This document shows positions 1 through 11,379 of a DNA stretch of 64,000 nt, one piece after another. A program made the position numbers and the translations under genes. The notes under the pieces are model-generated. The model searched no databases. It was not told where the DNA came from and was given only the letters and a program-made list of their open reading frames with translations. The stretch is taken from positions 26,970,001 to 27,034,000 of the forward strand of contig OZ024744.1 in the NCBI GenBank assembly GCA_964016885.1, given 5' to 3'. Source of the stretch: Eledone cirrhosa. Lineage: Eukaryota. Within the stretch, counting starts at the first letter, position 1, and each line of letters starts with the position of its first letter.

Positions 1-3000
1 GGTAAGAAGGAAGTAACCTTAAGGCCAAGGACACCAGAAGTCTCCACTGTTACGGCTAGGCATCTCAGTGCATGTGGTGGTAATAAGGGAGGTAACCTTA
101 GGTCCAGGAACACCAGAAGTCTCCACTGTTACGGCTAGGCATCTCAGTGCATGTGGTGGTAAGAAGGGAGGTAACCTTAGGGTTTGGGACACCAGAAGTC
201 TCCACTGCTACGGCCAGGCATCTCAGTGCATGTGGTGGTAAGAAGGGAGGTAACCTTAGGGCCAGGGACACCAGACGTCTCCACCGCTACGGCTAGGCAT
301 CTCAGTGCATGTGGTGGTAAGAAGGGAGGTAACCTTAGGGCCAGGGACACCAGAAGACTTCACTGTTACGGCTAGGCATCTCAGTGCATGTGGTGGTAAG
401 AAGGGGGGTAACCTTAGGGCCAAGGACAGCAGAAGTCTCCACTGCTACGGCGAGGCATCTCAGTGCATGTGGTGGTAAGAAAGGAGGTAACCTTAGGGCC
501 AGGGACACCAGAAGCCTCCACTGTTACGACTAGGCATGTCAGTGCATGTGGTGCATGTGGTGGTAAGAAAGCAGGTAACCTTAGGGCCAGGGACACCAGA
601 AGTCTCCACTGCTACGGCGAGGCATCTCAGTGCATGTGGTGGTAATAGGGAGGTAACCTTAGGTCCAGGAACACCAGAAGTCTCTACTGTTAAGGCTAGG
701 CATCTCAGTGCATGTGGATGTAAGAAGGGAGGTAACCTTAGGGCCAAGGACACCAGAAGTCTCCACTTTTACGGCTAGGCATGTCAGTGCATGTGGTGGT
801 AAGAAGGAAGTAACCTTAGGGCCAGGGACACCAGAAGTCTCCACTGCTACGGCTAGGCATTCTCAGTGCATGTGGTGGTAAGAAGGGAGATAACCTTAGG
901 GCCAGGGACACCAGAAGTCTCCACTGTTACGGCCAGGCATCTCAGTGCATGTGGTGGTAAGAAGGGGGTAACCTTAGGGCCAAGGACACCAGAAGTCTCC
1001 ACTGTTACGGCTAGGCATCTCAGTGCATGTGGTGGTGAGAAGGGAGGTAAACTTAGGGCCAAGGACACCAGAAGACTCCAGTGTTACGGCTAGGCATCTC
1101 AGTGCATGTGGTGGTAAGAAGGGAGGTAACCTTAGGGCCAAGGACACCAGAAGTTTCCACTGCTACCGCTAGGCATCTCAGTGCATGTGGTGGTAAGGAG
1201 GGAGGTAACCTTAGGGCCAGGGACACCAGAAGACTCCACTGTTACGGCTAGGCATCTCAGTGCATGTGGTGGTAAGAAGGGAGGTAATCATATGGCCAAG
1301 GCCACCAGAAGTCACCACTGCTACGGCTAGGCATCTCAGTGCATGTGGTGGTAAGAAGGGAGGTAACCTTAGGGCCAGGGACACCAGAAGTCCCCACTGT
1401 TACGGCTAGGCATCTCAGTGCATGTGGTGGTAAGAAAGGAGGTAACCTTAGTGCCAAGGACACCAGAAGTCTCCACTGTTACGCCTAGGCATCTCAGTGC
1501 ATGTGGTGGTAAGAAGGGAGGTAACCTTAGGGCCAAGGACACCAGAAGTCCCCACTGCTACGGCCAGGCATCTCAGTGCATGTGGTGGTAAGAAGGGAGG
1601 TAACCTTAGGGCCAGGGACACCAGACGTCTCCACCGCTACGGCTAGGCATCTCAGTGCATGTGGTGGTAAGAAGGGAGGTAACCTTAGGGCCAGGGACAC
1701 CAGAAGACTTCACTGTTACGGCTAGGCATCTCAGTGCATGTGGTGGTAAGAAGGGAGGTAACCTTAGGGCCAGGGACACCAGAAGACTCCACTGTTACGG
1801 CTAGGCATCTCAGTGCATGTGGTGGTAAGAATGGAGGTAACCTTAGGGCCAGGGACACCAGGAGTCTCCACTGTTACGGCTTGGCATGTCAGTGCATGTG
1901 GTGGTAAAAAAGGAGGTAACCTTAGGGCCAGGGACACCAGAAGTCTCCACTGCTACGGCTAGGCATCTCAGTGCATGTGGTCGTAAGAAAGGAGGTAACC
2001 TTAGGGCCAGGGACACCAGAAGTCTCCACTGCTACGGCTAGGCATCTCAGTGCATGGGGTGGTAAGAAAGAAGTAACCTTAGGGCCTTGGAAACCAGAAG
2101 TCTTCACTGTTATGGCTAGGCATCTCAGTGCATATGGTGGTAAGAAGGAAGTAACCTTAAGGCCAAGGACACCAGAAGTCTCCACTGTTACGGCTAGGCA
2201 TCTCAGTGCATGTGGTGGTAATAAGGGAGGTAACCTTAGGTCCAGGAACACCAGAAGTCTCCACTGTTACGGCTAGGCATCTCAGTGCATGTGGTGGTAA
2301 GAAGGGAGGTAACCTTAGGGTTTGGGACACCAGAAGTCTCCACTGCTACGGCCAGGCATCTCAGTGCATGTGGTGGTAAGAAGGGAGGTAACCTTAGGGC
2401 CAGGGACACCAGACGTCTCCACCGCTACGGCTAGGCATCTCAGTGCATGTGGTGGTAAGAAGGGAGGTAACCTTAGGGCCAGGGACACCAGAAGACTTCA
2501 CTGTTACGGCTAGGCATCTCAGTGCATGTGGTGGTAAGAAGGGGGGTAACCTTAGGGCCAAGGACAGCAGAAGTCTCCACTGCTACGGCGAGGCATCTCA
2601 GTGCATGTGGTGGTAAGAAAGGAGGTAACCTTAGGGCCAGGGACACCAGAAGCCTCCACTGTTACGACTAGGCATGTCAGTGCATGTGGTGCATGTGGTG
2701 GTAAGAAAGCAGGTAACCTTAGGGCCAGGGACACCAGAAGTCTCCACTGCTACGGCGAGGCATCTCAGTGCATGTGGTGGTAATAGGGAGGTAACCTTAG
2801 GTCCAGGAACACCAGAAGTCTCTACTGTTAAGGCTAGGCATCTCAGTGCATGTGGATGTAAGAAGGGAGGTAACCTTAGGGCCAAGGACACCAGAAGTCT
2901 CCACTTTTACGGCTAGGCATGTCAGTGCATGTGGTGGTAAGAAGGAAGTAACCTTAGGGCCAGGGACACCAGAAGTCTCCACTGCTACGGCTAGGCATTC

Positions 3001-3702
3001 TCAGTGCATGTGGTGGTAAGAAGGGAGATAACCTTAGGGCCAGGGACACCAGAAGTCTCCACTGTTACGGCCAGGCATCTCAGTGCATGTGGTGGTAAGA
3101 AGGGGGTAACCTTAGGGCCAAGGACACCAGAAGTCTCCACTGTTACGGCTAGGCATCTCAGTGCATGTGGTGGTGAGAAGGGAGGTAAACTTAGGGCCAA
3201 GGACACCAGAAGACTCCAGTGTTACGGCTAGGCATCTCAGTGCATGTGGTGGTAAGAAGGGAGGTAACCTTAGGGCCAAGGACACCAGAAGTTTCCACTG
3301 CTACCGCTAGGCATCTCAGTGCATGTGGTGGTAAGGAGGGAGGTAACCTTAGGGCCAGGGACACCAGAAGACTCCACTGTTACGGCTAGGCATCTCAGTG
3401 CATGTGGTGGTAAGAAGGGAGGTAATCATATGGCCAAGGCCACCAGAAGTCACCACTGCTACGGCTAGGCATCTCAGTGCATGTGGTGGTAAGAAGGGAG
3501 GTAACCTTAGGGCCAGGGACACCAGAAGTCCCCACTGTTACGGCTAGGCATCTCAGTGCATGTGGTGGTAAGAAAGGAGGTAACCTTAGTGCCAAGGACA
3601 CCAGAAGTCTCCACTGTTACGCCTAGGCATCTCAGTGCATGTGGTGGTAAGAAGGGAGGTAACCTTAGGGCCAAGGACACCAGAAGTCCCCACTGCTACG
3701 GC
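1..3702 (+). repeat. 27-monomer (2138-bp period) duplication: 1..1564 recurs at 2139..3702
   Basis: Shared private variants at offset 2138: 9-bp insertion (542..559 vs 2680..2697), GCATTCTC +1 T (860 vs 2998), GGTGAGAAG, AATCATATGG. ORF track pairs 184/2322, 414/2552 and 1257/3395 are identical. First mismatch seen at 1565/3703. Confidence 0.93.
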
Positions 3703-6700
3703 TAGGCATCTCAGGGCATGTGGTGGTAAGAAGGGAGGTAATCTTAGGGCCAGGGACACCAGAAGTCTCCACTGTTACGGCTAGGCATCTCAGTGCATGT
3801 GGTGGTAAGAAGGGAGGTAACCTTAGGGCCAAGGACAGCAGAAGTCTCCACTGCTACGGCGAGGCATCTCAGTGCATGTGGTGGTAAGAAAGGAGGTAAC
3901 CTTAGGGCCAGGGACTCCAGAAGTCTCCACTGTTACGGCTAGGCATGTCAGTGCATGTGGTGGTAAGAAAGGAGGTAACCTTAGGGCCAGGGACACCAGA
4001 AGTCTCCACTGCTACGGCTAGGCATCTCAGTGCATGTGGTGGTAAGAAGGGAGGTAACCTTAGGGCCAGGGACACCAGAAGTCTCCACTGTTACGGCTAG
4101 GCATCTCAGTGCATGTGGTGGTAAGAAGGGAGGTAACATTAGGGCCAGGGACACCAGAAGACTCCACTGTTACGGCTAGGCATCTCAGTGCATGTGGTGG
4201 TAAGAAGGGAGGTAACCTTACGGCCAGGGACACCAGAAGTCTCCACTGTTACGGCTAGGCATGTCAGTGCATGTGGAGGTAAGAACGGGGGTAACCTTAG
4301 GGCAAGGACACCAGAAGTCTCCACTGCTACGGCTAGGCATCTCAGTGCATGTGGTGGTAATAAGGGAGGTAACCTTAGGTCCAGGAACACCAGAAGTCTC
4401 CACTGTTAAGACTAGGCATCTCAGTGCATGTGGATGTAAGAAGGGAGGTAACCTTAGGGCCAAGGACACCAGAAGTCTCCACTTTTACGGCTAGGCATCT
4501 CAGTGCATGTGGTGGTAAGAAGGAAGTAACCTTAGGGCCAGAGACACCAGAAGTCTCCACTGCTACGGCTAGGCATCTCAGTGCATGTGGTGGTAAGAAG
4601 GGAGGTAACCTTAGGGCCAGGGACAACAGAAGTCTCCACTGTTACGGCCAGGCATCTCAGTGCATGTGGTGGTAAGAAGGGGGTAACCTTAGGGCCAAGG
4701 ACACCAGAAGTCTCCACTGTTACGGCTAGGCATCTCAGTGCATGTGGTGGTAAGAAGGGAGGTAACCTTAGGGCCAAGGACACCAGAAGACTCCACTGTT
4801 ACGGCTAGGCATCTCAGTGCATGTGGTGGTAAGAAGGGAGGTAACCTTAGGGCCAAGGACACCAGAAGTTTCCACTGCTACCGCTAGGCATCTCAGTGCA
4901 TGTGGTGGTAAGGAGGGAGGTAACCTTAGGGCCAGGGACACCAGAAGACTCCACTGTTACGGCTAGGCATCTCAGTGCATGTGGTGGTAAGAAGGGAGGT
5001 AACCATATGGCCAAGGCCACCAGAAGTCACGACTGCTACGGCTAGGCATCTCAGTGCATGTGGTGGTAAGAAGGGAGGTAACCTTAGGGCCAGGGACACC
5101 AGAAGTCCCCACTGTTACGGCTAGGCATCTCAGTGCATGTGGTGGTAAGAAAGGAGGTAACCTTAGTGCCAAGGACACCAGAAGTCTCCACTGTTACGCC
5201 TAGGCATCTCAGTGCATGTGGTGGTAAGAAGGGAGGTAACCTTAGGGCCAAGGACACCAGAAGTCCCCACTGCTACGGCTAGGCATCTCAGGGCATGTGG
5301 TGGTAAGAAGGGAGGCAACCTTAGGGCCAGGGACACCAGAAGTCTCCACTGTTACGGCTAGGCATCTCAGTGCATGTGGTGGTAAGAAGGGAGGTAACCT
5401 TAGGGCCAGGGACACCAAAAGTCTCCACTGCTACGGCTAGGCATCTCAGTGCATGTGGTGGTAAGAAGGGAGGTAACCTTAGGGCGAGGGACACCAGAAG
5501 ACTCCACTGTTACGACTAGGCATCTCAGTGCATGTGGTGGTACAAAGGGAGGTAACCTTAGGGTTTGGGACACCAGAAGTCTTCACTGCTACGGCCAGGC
5601 ATCTCAGTGCATGTGGTGGTAAGAAGGGAGGTAACCTTAGGGCCAGGGACACCAGAAGACTCCACTGTTACGGCTAGGCATCTCAGTGCATGTGGTGGTA
5701 AGAATGGAGGTAACCTTAGGGCCAGGGACACCAGAAGTCTCCACTGTTACGGCTAGGCATGTCAGTGCATGTGGTGGTAAGAAAGGAGGTAACCTTAGGG
5801 CCAGGGACACCAGAAGTCTCCACTGCTACGGCTAGGCATCTCAGTGTATGTGGTCGTAAGAAAGGAGGTAACCTTAGGGCCAGGGACACCAGAAGTCTCC
5901 ACTGCTACGGCTAGGCATCTCAGTGCATGTGGTGGTAAGAAGTAAGTAACCTTAGGGCCAAGGACACCAGAAGACTTCACTGTTACGGCTAGGCATATCA
6001 GTGCATGTGGTGGTAAGAAGGGAGGTAACCTTAGGGCCAGGGACACCAGAAGTCTCCACTGCTACGGCTAGGCATCTCAGTGCATGTGGTGGTAAGAAGG
6101 AAGTAACCTTAAGGCCAAGGACACCAGAAGTCTCCACTATTACGGCTAGGCATCTCAGTGCATGTGGTGGTAATAAGGGAGGTAACCTTAGTTCCAGGAA
6201 CACCAGAAGTCTCCACTGTTAAGGCTAGGCATCTCAGTGCATGTGGATGTAAGAAGGGAGGTAACCTTAGGGCCAAGGACACCAGAAGACTCCACTGTTA
6301 CGGCTAGGCATGTCAGTGCATGTGGTGGTAAGAAGGAAGTAACCTTAGGGCCAGGCACACCAGAAGTCTCCACTGCTACGGCTAGGCATCGCAGTGCATG
6401 TGGTGGTAAGAAGGGAGGTAACCTTAGGGCCAGGGACACCAGAAGTCTCCACTGTTACGGCCAGGCATCTCAGTGCATGTGGTGGTAAGAAGGGGGGTAA
6501 CCTTAGGGCCAAGGACACCAGAAGTCTCCACTGTTACGGCTAGGAATCTCAGTGCATGTGGTGGTAAGAAGGGAGGTATCCTTAGGGCCAAGGACACCAG
6601 AAGACTCCACTGTTACGGCTATGCATCTCAGTGCATGTGGTGGTAAGAAGGGAGGTAACCTTAGGGCCAAGGAAACCAGAAGTCTCCACTGCTACCGCTA

Positions 6701-9700
6701 GGCATCTCAGTGCATGTGGTGGTAAGGAGGGAGGTAACCTTAGGGCCAGGGACACCAGCAGACTCCACTGTTACGGCTAGGCATCTCAGTGCATGTGGTG
6801 GTAAGAAGGGAGGTAACCATATGGCCAAGGTCACCAGAAGTCACCACTGCTAAGGCTAGGCATCTCAGTGCATGTGGTGGTAAGAAGGGAGGTAACCTTA
6901 GGGCCAGGGACACCAGAAGTCCCCACTGTTACGGCTAGGCATCTCAGTGCATGTGGTGGTAAGAAAGGAGGTAACCTTAGGGCCAAGGACACCAGAAGTC
7001 TCCACTGTTACGGCTAGGCATCTCAGTGCATCTGGTGGTAAGAAGGGAGGTAACCTTAGGGCCAAGGACACCAGAAGTCCCCACTGCTACGGCTAGGCAC
7101 CTCAGTGCATGTGGTGGTAAGAAGGGAGGTAACCTAAGGGCCAGGGACACCAGAAGTCTCCAATGTTACGGCTAGGCATGTCAGTGCATGTGGTGGTAAG
7201 AAGGGAGGTAACCTTAGGGTCAGGGACACCAAAAGTCTCCACTGCTACGGCTAGGCATCTCAGTGCATGTGGTGGTTAGAAGGGAGGTAACCTTAGGGTT
7301 TGGGACACCAGAACTCTTCACTGCTACGGCCAGGCATCTGAGTGCATGTGGTGGTAAGAAGGGAGGTAACATTAGGGCCAGGGACACCAGAAGTCTCCAC
7401 TGTTACGGCTAGGCACCTCAGTGCATGTGGTGGTAAGAAGGGAGGTAACCTTAGGGCCAGGGACACCAGAAGTCTCCACTGTTACGGCTAGGCATATCAG
7501 TGCATGTGGTGGTAAGAAGGGAGGTAACCTTAGGGCCAGGGACACCAGAAGTCGCCACTGCTACGGCTAGGCATCTCAGTGCATGTGGTGGTAAGAAGGA
7601 AGTAACCTTAGGGCCAAGGACACCAGAAGTCTCCACTGTTACGGCTAGGCATCTCAGTGCATGTGGTGGTAAGATGGGAGGTAACCTTAGGGCCATGGAC
7701 ACCAGAAGTCTCCACTGTTACGGCTAGGCATCTCAGTGCACTTGGTGGTAAGAAGGGAGGTAACCTTAGGGCCAGGGACACCAGAAGTCTCCACTGCTAC
7801 GGCGAGGCATCTCAGTGCATGTGGTGGTAAGAAGGGAGGTAACCTTAGGGCCAGGGACTCCAGACGTCTCCACTGTTACGGCTAGGCATGTCAGCGCATG
7901 TGGTGGTAAGAAAGGAGGTAAACTTAGGGCCAAGGACACCAGAAGCCTCCACTGTTACGACTAGGCATGTCAGTGCATGTGGTGGTAAGAAAGCAGGTAA
8001 TCTTAGGGCCAGGGACACCAGAAGTCTCCACTGCTACGGCGAGGCATCTCAGTGCATGTGGTGGTAAGAAGGGAGGTAACCTTAGGGCCAGGGACTCCAG
8101 AAGTCTCCACTGTTACGGCTAGGCATGTCAGCGCATGTGGTGGTAAGAAAGGAGGGAACCTTAGGGCCAGGGACACCAGAAGTCTCCACTGCTACGGCTA
8201 GGCATCTCAGTGCATGTGGTGGTAAGAAGGGAGGTAACCTTAGGGCCAGGGACACCAGAAGTCTCCACTGTTACGGCTAGGCATCTCAGTGCATGTGGTG
8301 GTAAGAAGGGAGGTAACCTTAGAGCCAGGGACACCAGAAGTCTCCACTGCTACGGCTAGGCATTTCAGTGCATGTGGTGGTAAGAAGGAAGTAACCTCAG
8401 GGCCAAGGACACCAGAAGTCTCCACTGCTACGGCTAGGCATCTCAGTGCATGTGGTGGTTAGAAGGGAGGTAACCTTAGGGTTTGGGACACCAGAACTCT
8501 TCACTGCTACGGTCAGGCATCTCAGTCCATGTGGTGGTAAGAAGGGAGGTAACCTTAGGGCCAGGGACACCAGAAGTCTCCACTGTTACGGCTAGGCATC
8601 TCAGTGCATGTGGTGGTAAGAAGGAAGTAACCTTAGGGCCAGGGACACCAGAAGACTCCACTGTTACGGCTAGGCATCTCAGTGCATGTGGTGGTAAGAA
8701 GGGAGGTAACCTTAGGGTTTGGGACACCAGAAGTCTCCACTGCTACGGCCAGGCATCTCAGTGCATGTGGTGGTAAGAAGGGAGGTAACCATAGGGCCAG
8801 GGACACCAGACGTCTCCACTGCTACGGCTAGGCATCTCAGTGCATGTGGTGGTAAGAAGGGAGGTAACCTTAGGGCCAGGGACACCAGAAGACTTCACTG
8901 TTACGGCTAGGCATCTCAGTGCATGTGGTGGTAAGAAGGGAGGTAACCTTAGGGCCAAGGACAGCAGAAATCTCCACTGCTACGGCGAGGCATCCCAGTG
9001 CATGTGTTGGTAAAAAAGGAGGTAACCTTAGGGCCAGGGACACCAGAAGTCTCCACTGCTACGGCTAGGCATCTCAGTGCATGTGGTGGTAAGAAGGAAG
9101 GTAATCTTAGGGCCAGGGACACCAGAAGTCTCCACTGTTACGGCTAGGCATCTCAGTGCATGTGGTGGTAAGAAGGGAGGTAACATTAGGGCCAGGGACA
9201 CCAGAAGACTCCACTGTTACGGCTAGGCATCTCAGTGCATGTGGTGGTAAGAAGGGAGGTAACCTTAGGGCCAGGGACACCAGAAGTCTCCACTATTACG
9301 GCTAGGCATGTCAGTGCATGTGGAGGTCAGAAGGGGGGTAACCTTAGGGCCAAGGACACCAGAAGTCTCCACTGCTACGGCTAGGCATCCCAGTGCATGT
9401 GGTGGTAATAAGGGAGGTAACCTTAGGTCCAGGGACACCGGAAGTCTCCACTGTTAAGGCTAGGCATCTCAGTGCACGTGAATGTAAGAAAGGAGGTAAC
9501 CTTAGGGCCAAGGACACCAGAAGTCTCCACTGTTACGGCTAGGCATGTCAGTGCATGTGGTGGTAAGAAGGAAGTAACCTTAGGGCCAGGTACACCAGAA
9601 GACTCCACTGTTACGGCTAGGCATCTCAGTGCATGTGGTGGTAAGAATGGAGGTAACCTTAGGGCCAAAGACACCAGAAGTCTTCACTGTTACGACTAGG

Positions 9701-11379
9701 CATATCAGTGCATGTGGTGGTAAGAGGGAGGTAACCTTAGGGCCAGGGACACCAGAAGTCGCCACTGCTACGGCTAGGCATCTCAGTGCATGTGGTGGTA
9801 AGAAGGAAGTAACCTTAGGGCCAAGGACACCAGAAGTCTCCACTGTTACGGCTAGGCATCTCAGTGCATGTGGTGGTAAGATGGGAGGTAACCTTAGGGC
9901 CATGGACACCAGAAGTCTCCACTGCTACGGCTAGGCATCTCAGTGCATGTGGTGGTAAGAAAGGAGGTAACCTTAGGGCCAAGGACACCAGAAGCCTCCA
10001 CTGTTACGACTAGGCATGTCAGTGCATGTGGTGGTAAGAAAGCAGGTAACCTTAGGGCCAGGGACACCAGAAGTCTCCACTGTTACGGCTAGGCATCTCA
10101 GTGCATGTGGTGGTAAGAAGGGAGGTAACCTTAGGGCCAGGGACACCAGAAGACTTCACTGTTACGGCTAGGCATCTCAGTGCAGGTGGTGGTGAGAAGG
10201 GAGGTAACCTTAGGGCCAAGGACAGCAGAAGTCTCCACTGCTACGGCGAGGCATCTCGGTGCATGTGGTGGTAAGAAAGGAGGTAACCTTAGGGCCAGGG
10301 ACTCCAGAAGTCTCCACTGTTACGGCTAGGCATGTCAGTGCATGTGGTGGTAAGAAGGGAGGTAACCTTAGGGCCAGGGACACCAGAAGACTCCACGGTT
10401 ACGGCTAGGCATCTCAGTGCATGTGGTGGTACGAAGGGAGGTAACCTTAGGGTTTGGGACACCAGAAGTCTTCACTGCTACGGCCAGGCATCTCAGTGCA
10501 TGTGGTGGTAAGAAGGGAGGTAACCTTAGGGCCAGGGACACCAGAAGACTCCACTGTTACGGCTAGGCATCTCAGTGCATGTGGTGGTAAGAATGGAGGT
10601 AACCTTAGGGCCAGGGACACCAGAAGTCTCCACTGTTACGGCTAGGCATGTCAGTGCATGTGGTGGTAAGAAAGGAGGTAACCTTAGGGCCAGGGACACC
10701 AGAAGTCTCCACTGCTACGGCTAGGCATCTCAGTGCATGTGGTGGTAAGACAGGAGGTAACCTTAGGCCCAGGGACACCAGAAGTCTCCACTGCTACGGC
10801 TAGGCATCTCAGTGCATGTGGTGGTAAGAAGGAAGTAACCTTAGGGCCAAGGACACCAGATGTCTTCACTGTTACGGCTAGGCATATCAGTGCATGTGGT
10901 GGTAAGAAGGGAGGTAACCTTAGGGCCAAGGACACCAGAAGTCTCCACTGCTACGGCTAGGCATCTCAGTGCATGTGTTGGTAAGAAGGAAGTAACCTTA
11001 GGGCCAAGGACACCAGAAGTCTCCACTGTTACGGCTAGGCATCTCAGTGCATGTGGTGGTAATAAGGGAGGTAACCTTAGATCCAGGAACACCAGAAGTC
11101 TCCACTGTTAAGGCTAGGCATCTCAGTGCATGTGGATGTAAGAAGGAAGTAACCTTAGGGCCAAGGACACCAGAAGTCTCCACTGTTACGGCTAGGCATC
11201 TCAGTGCATGTGGATGTAAGAAGGGAGGTAACCTTAGGGCCAAGGACACCAGAAGTCTCCACTGTTACGGCTAGGCATGTCAGTGCATGCGGTGGTAAGG
11301 AGGGAGGTAACCTTAGGGCCAGGCACACCAGAGGTCGTCACTGTTACGGCTAGGCATCTCAGTGCATGTGGTGGTAAGA

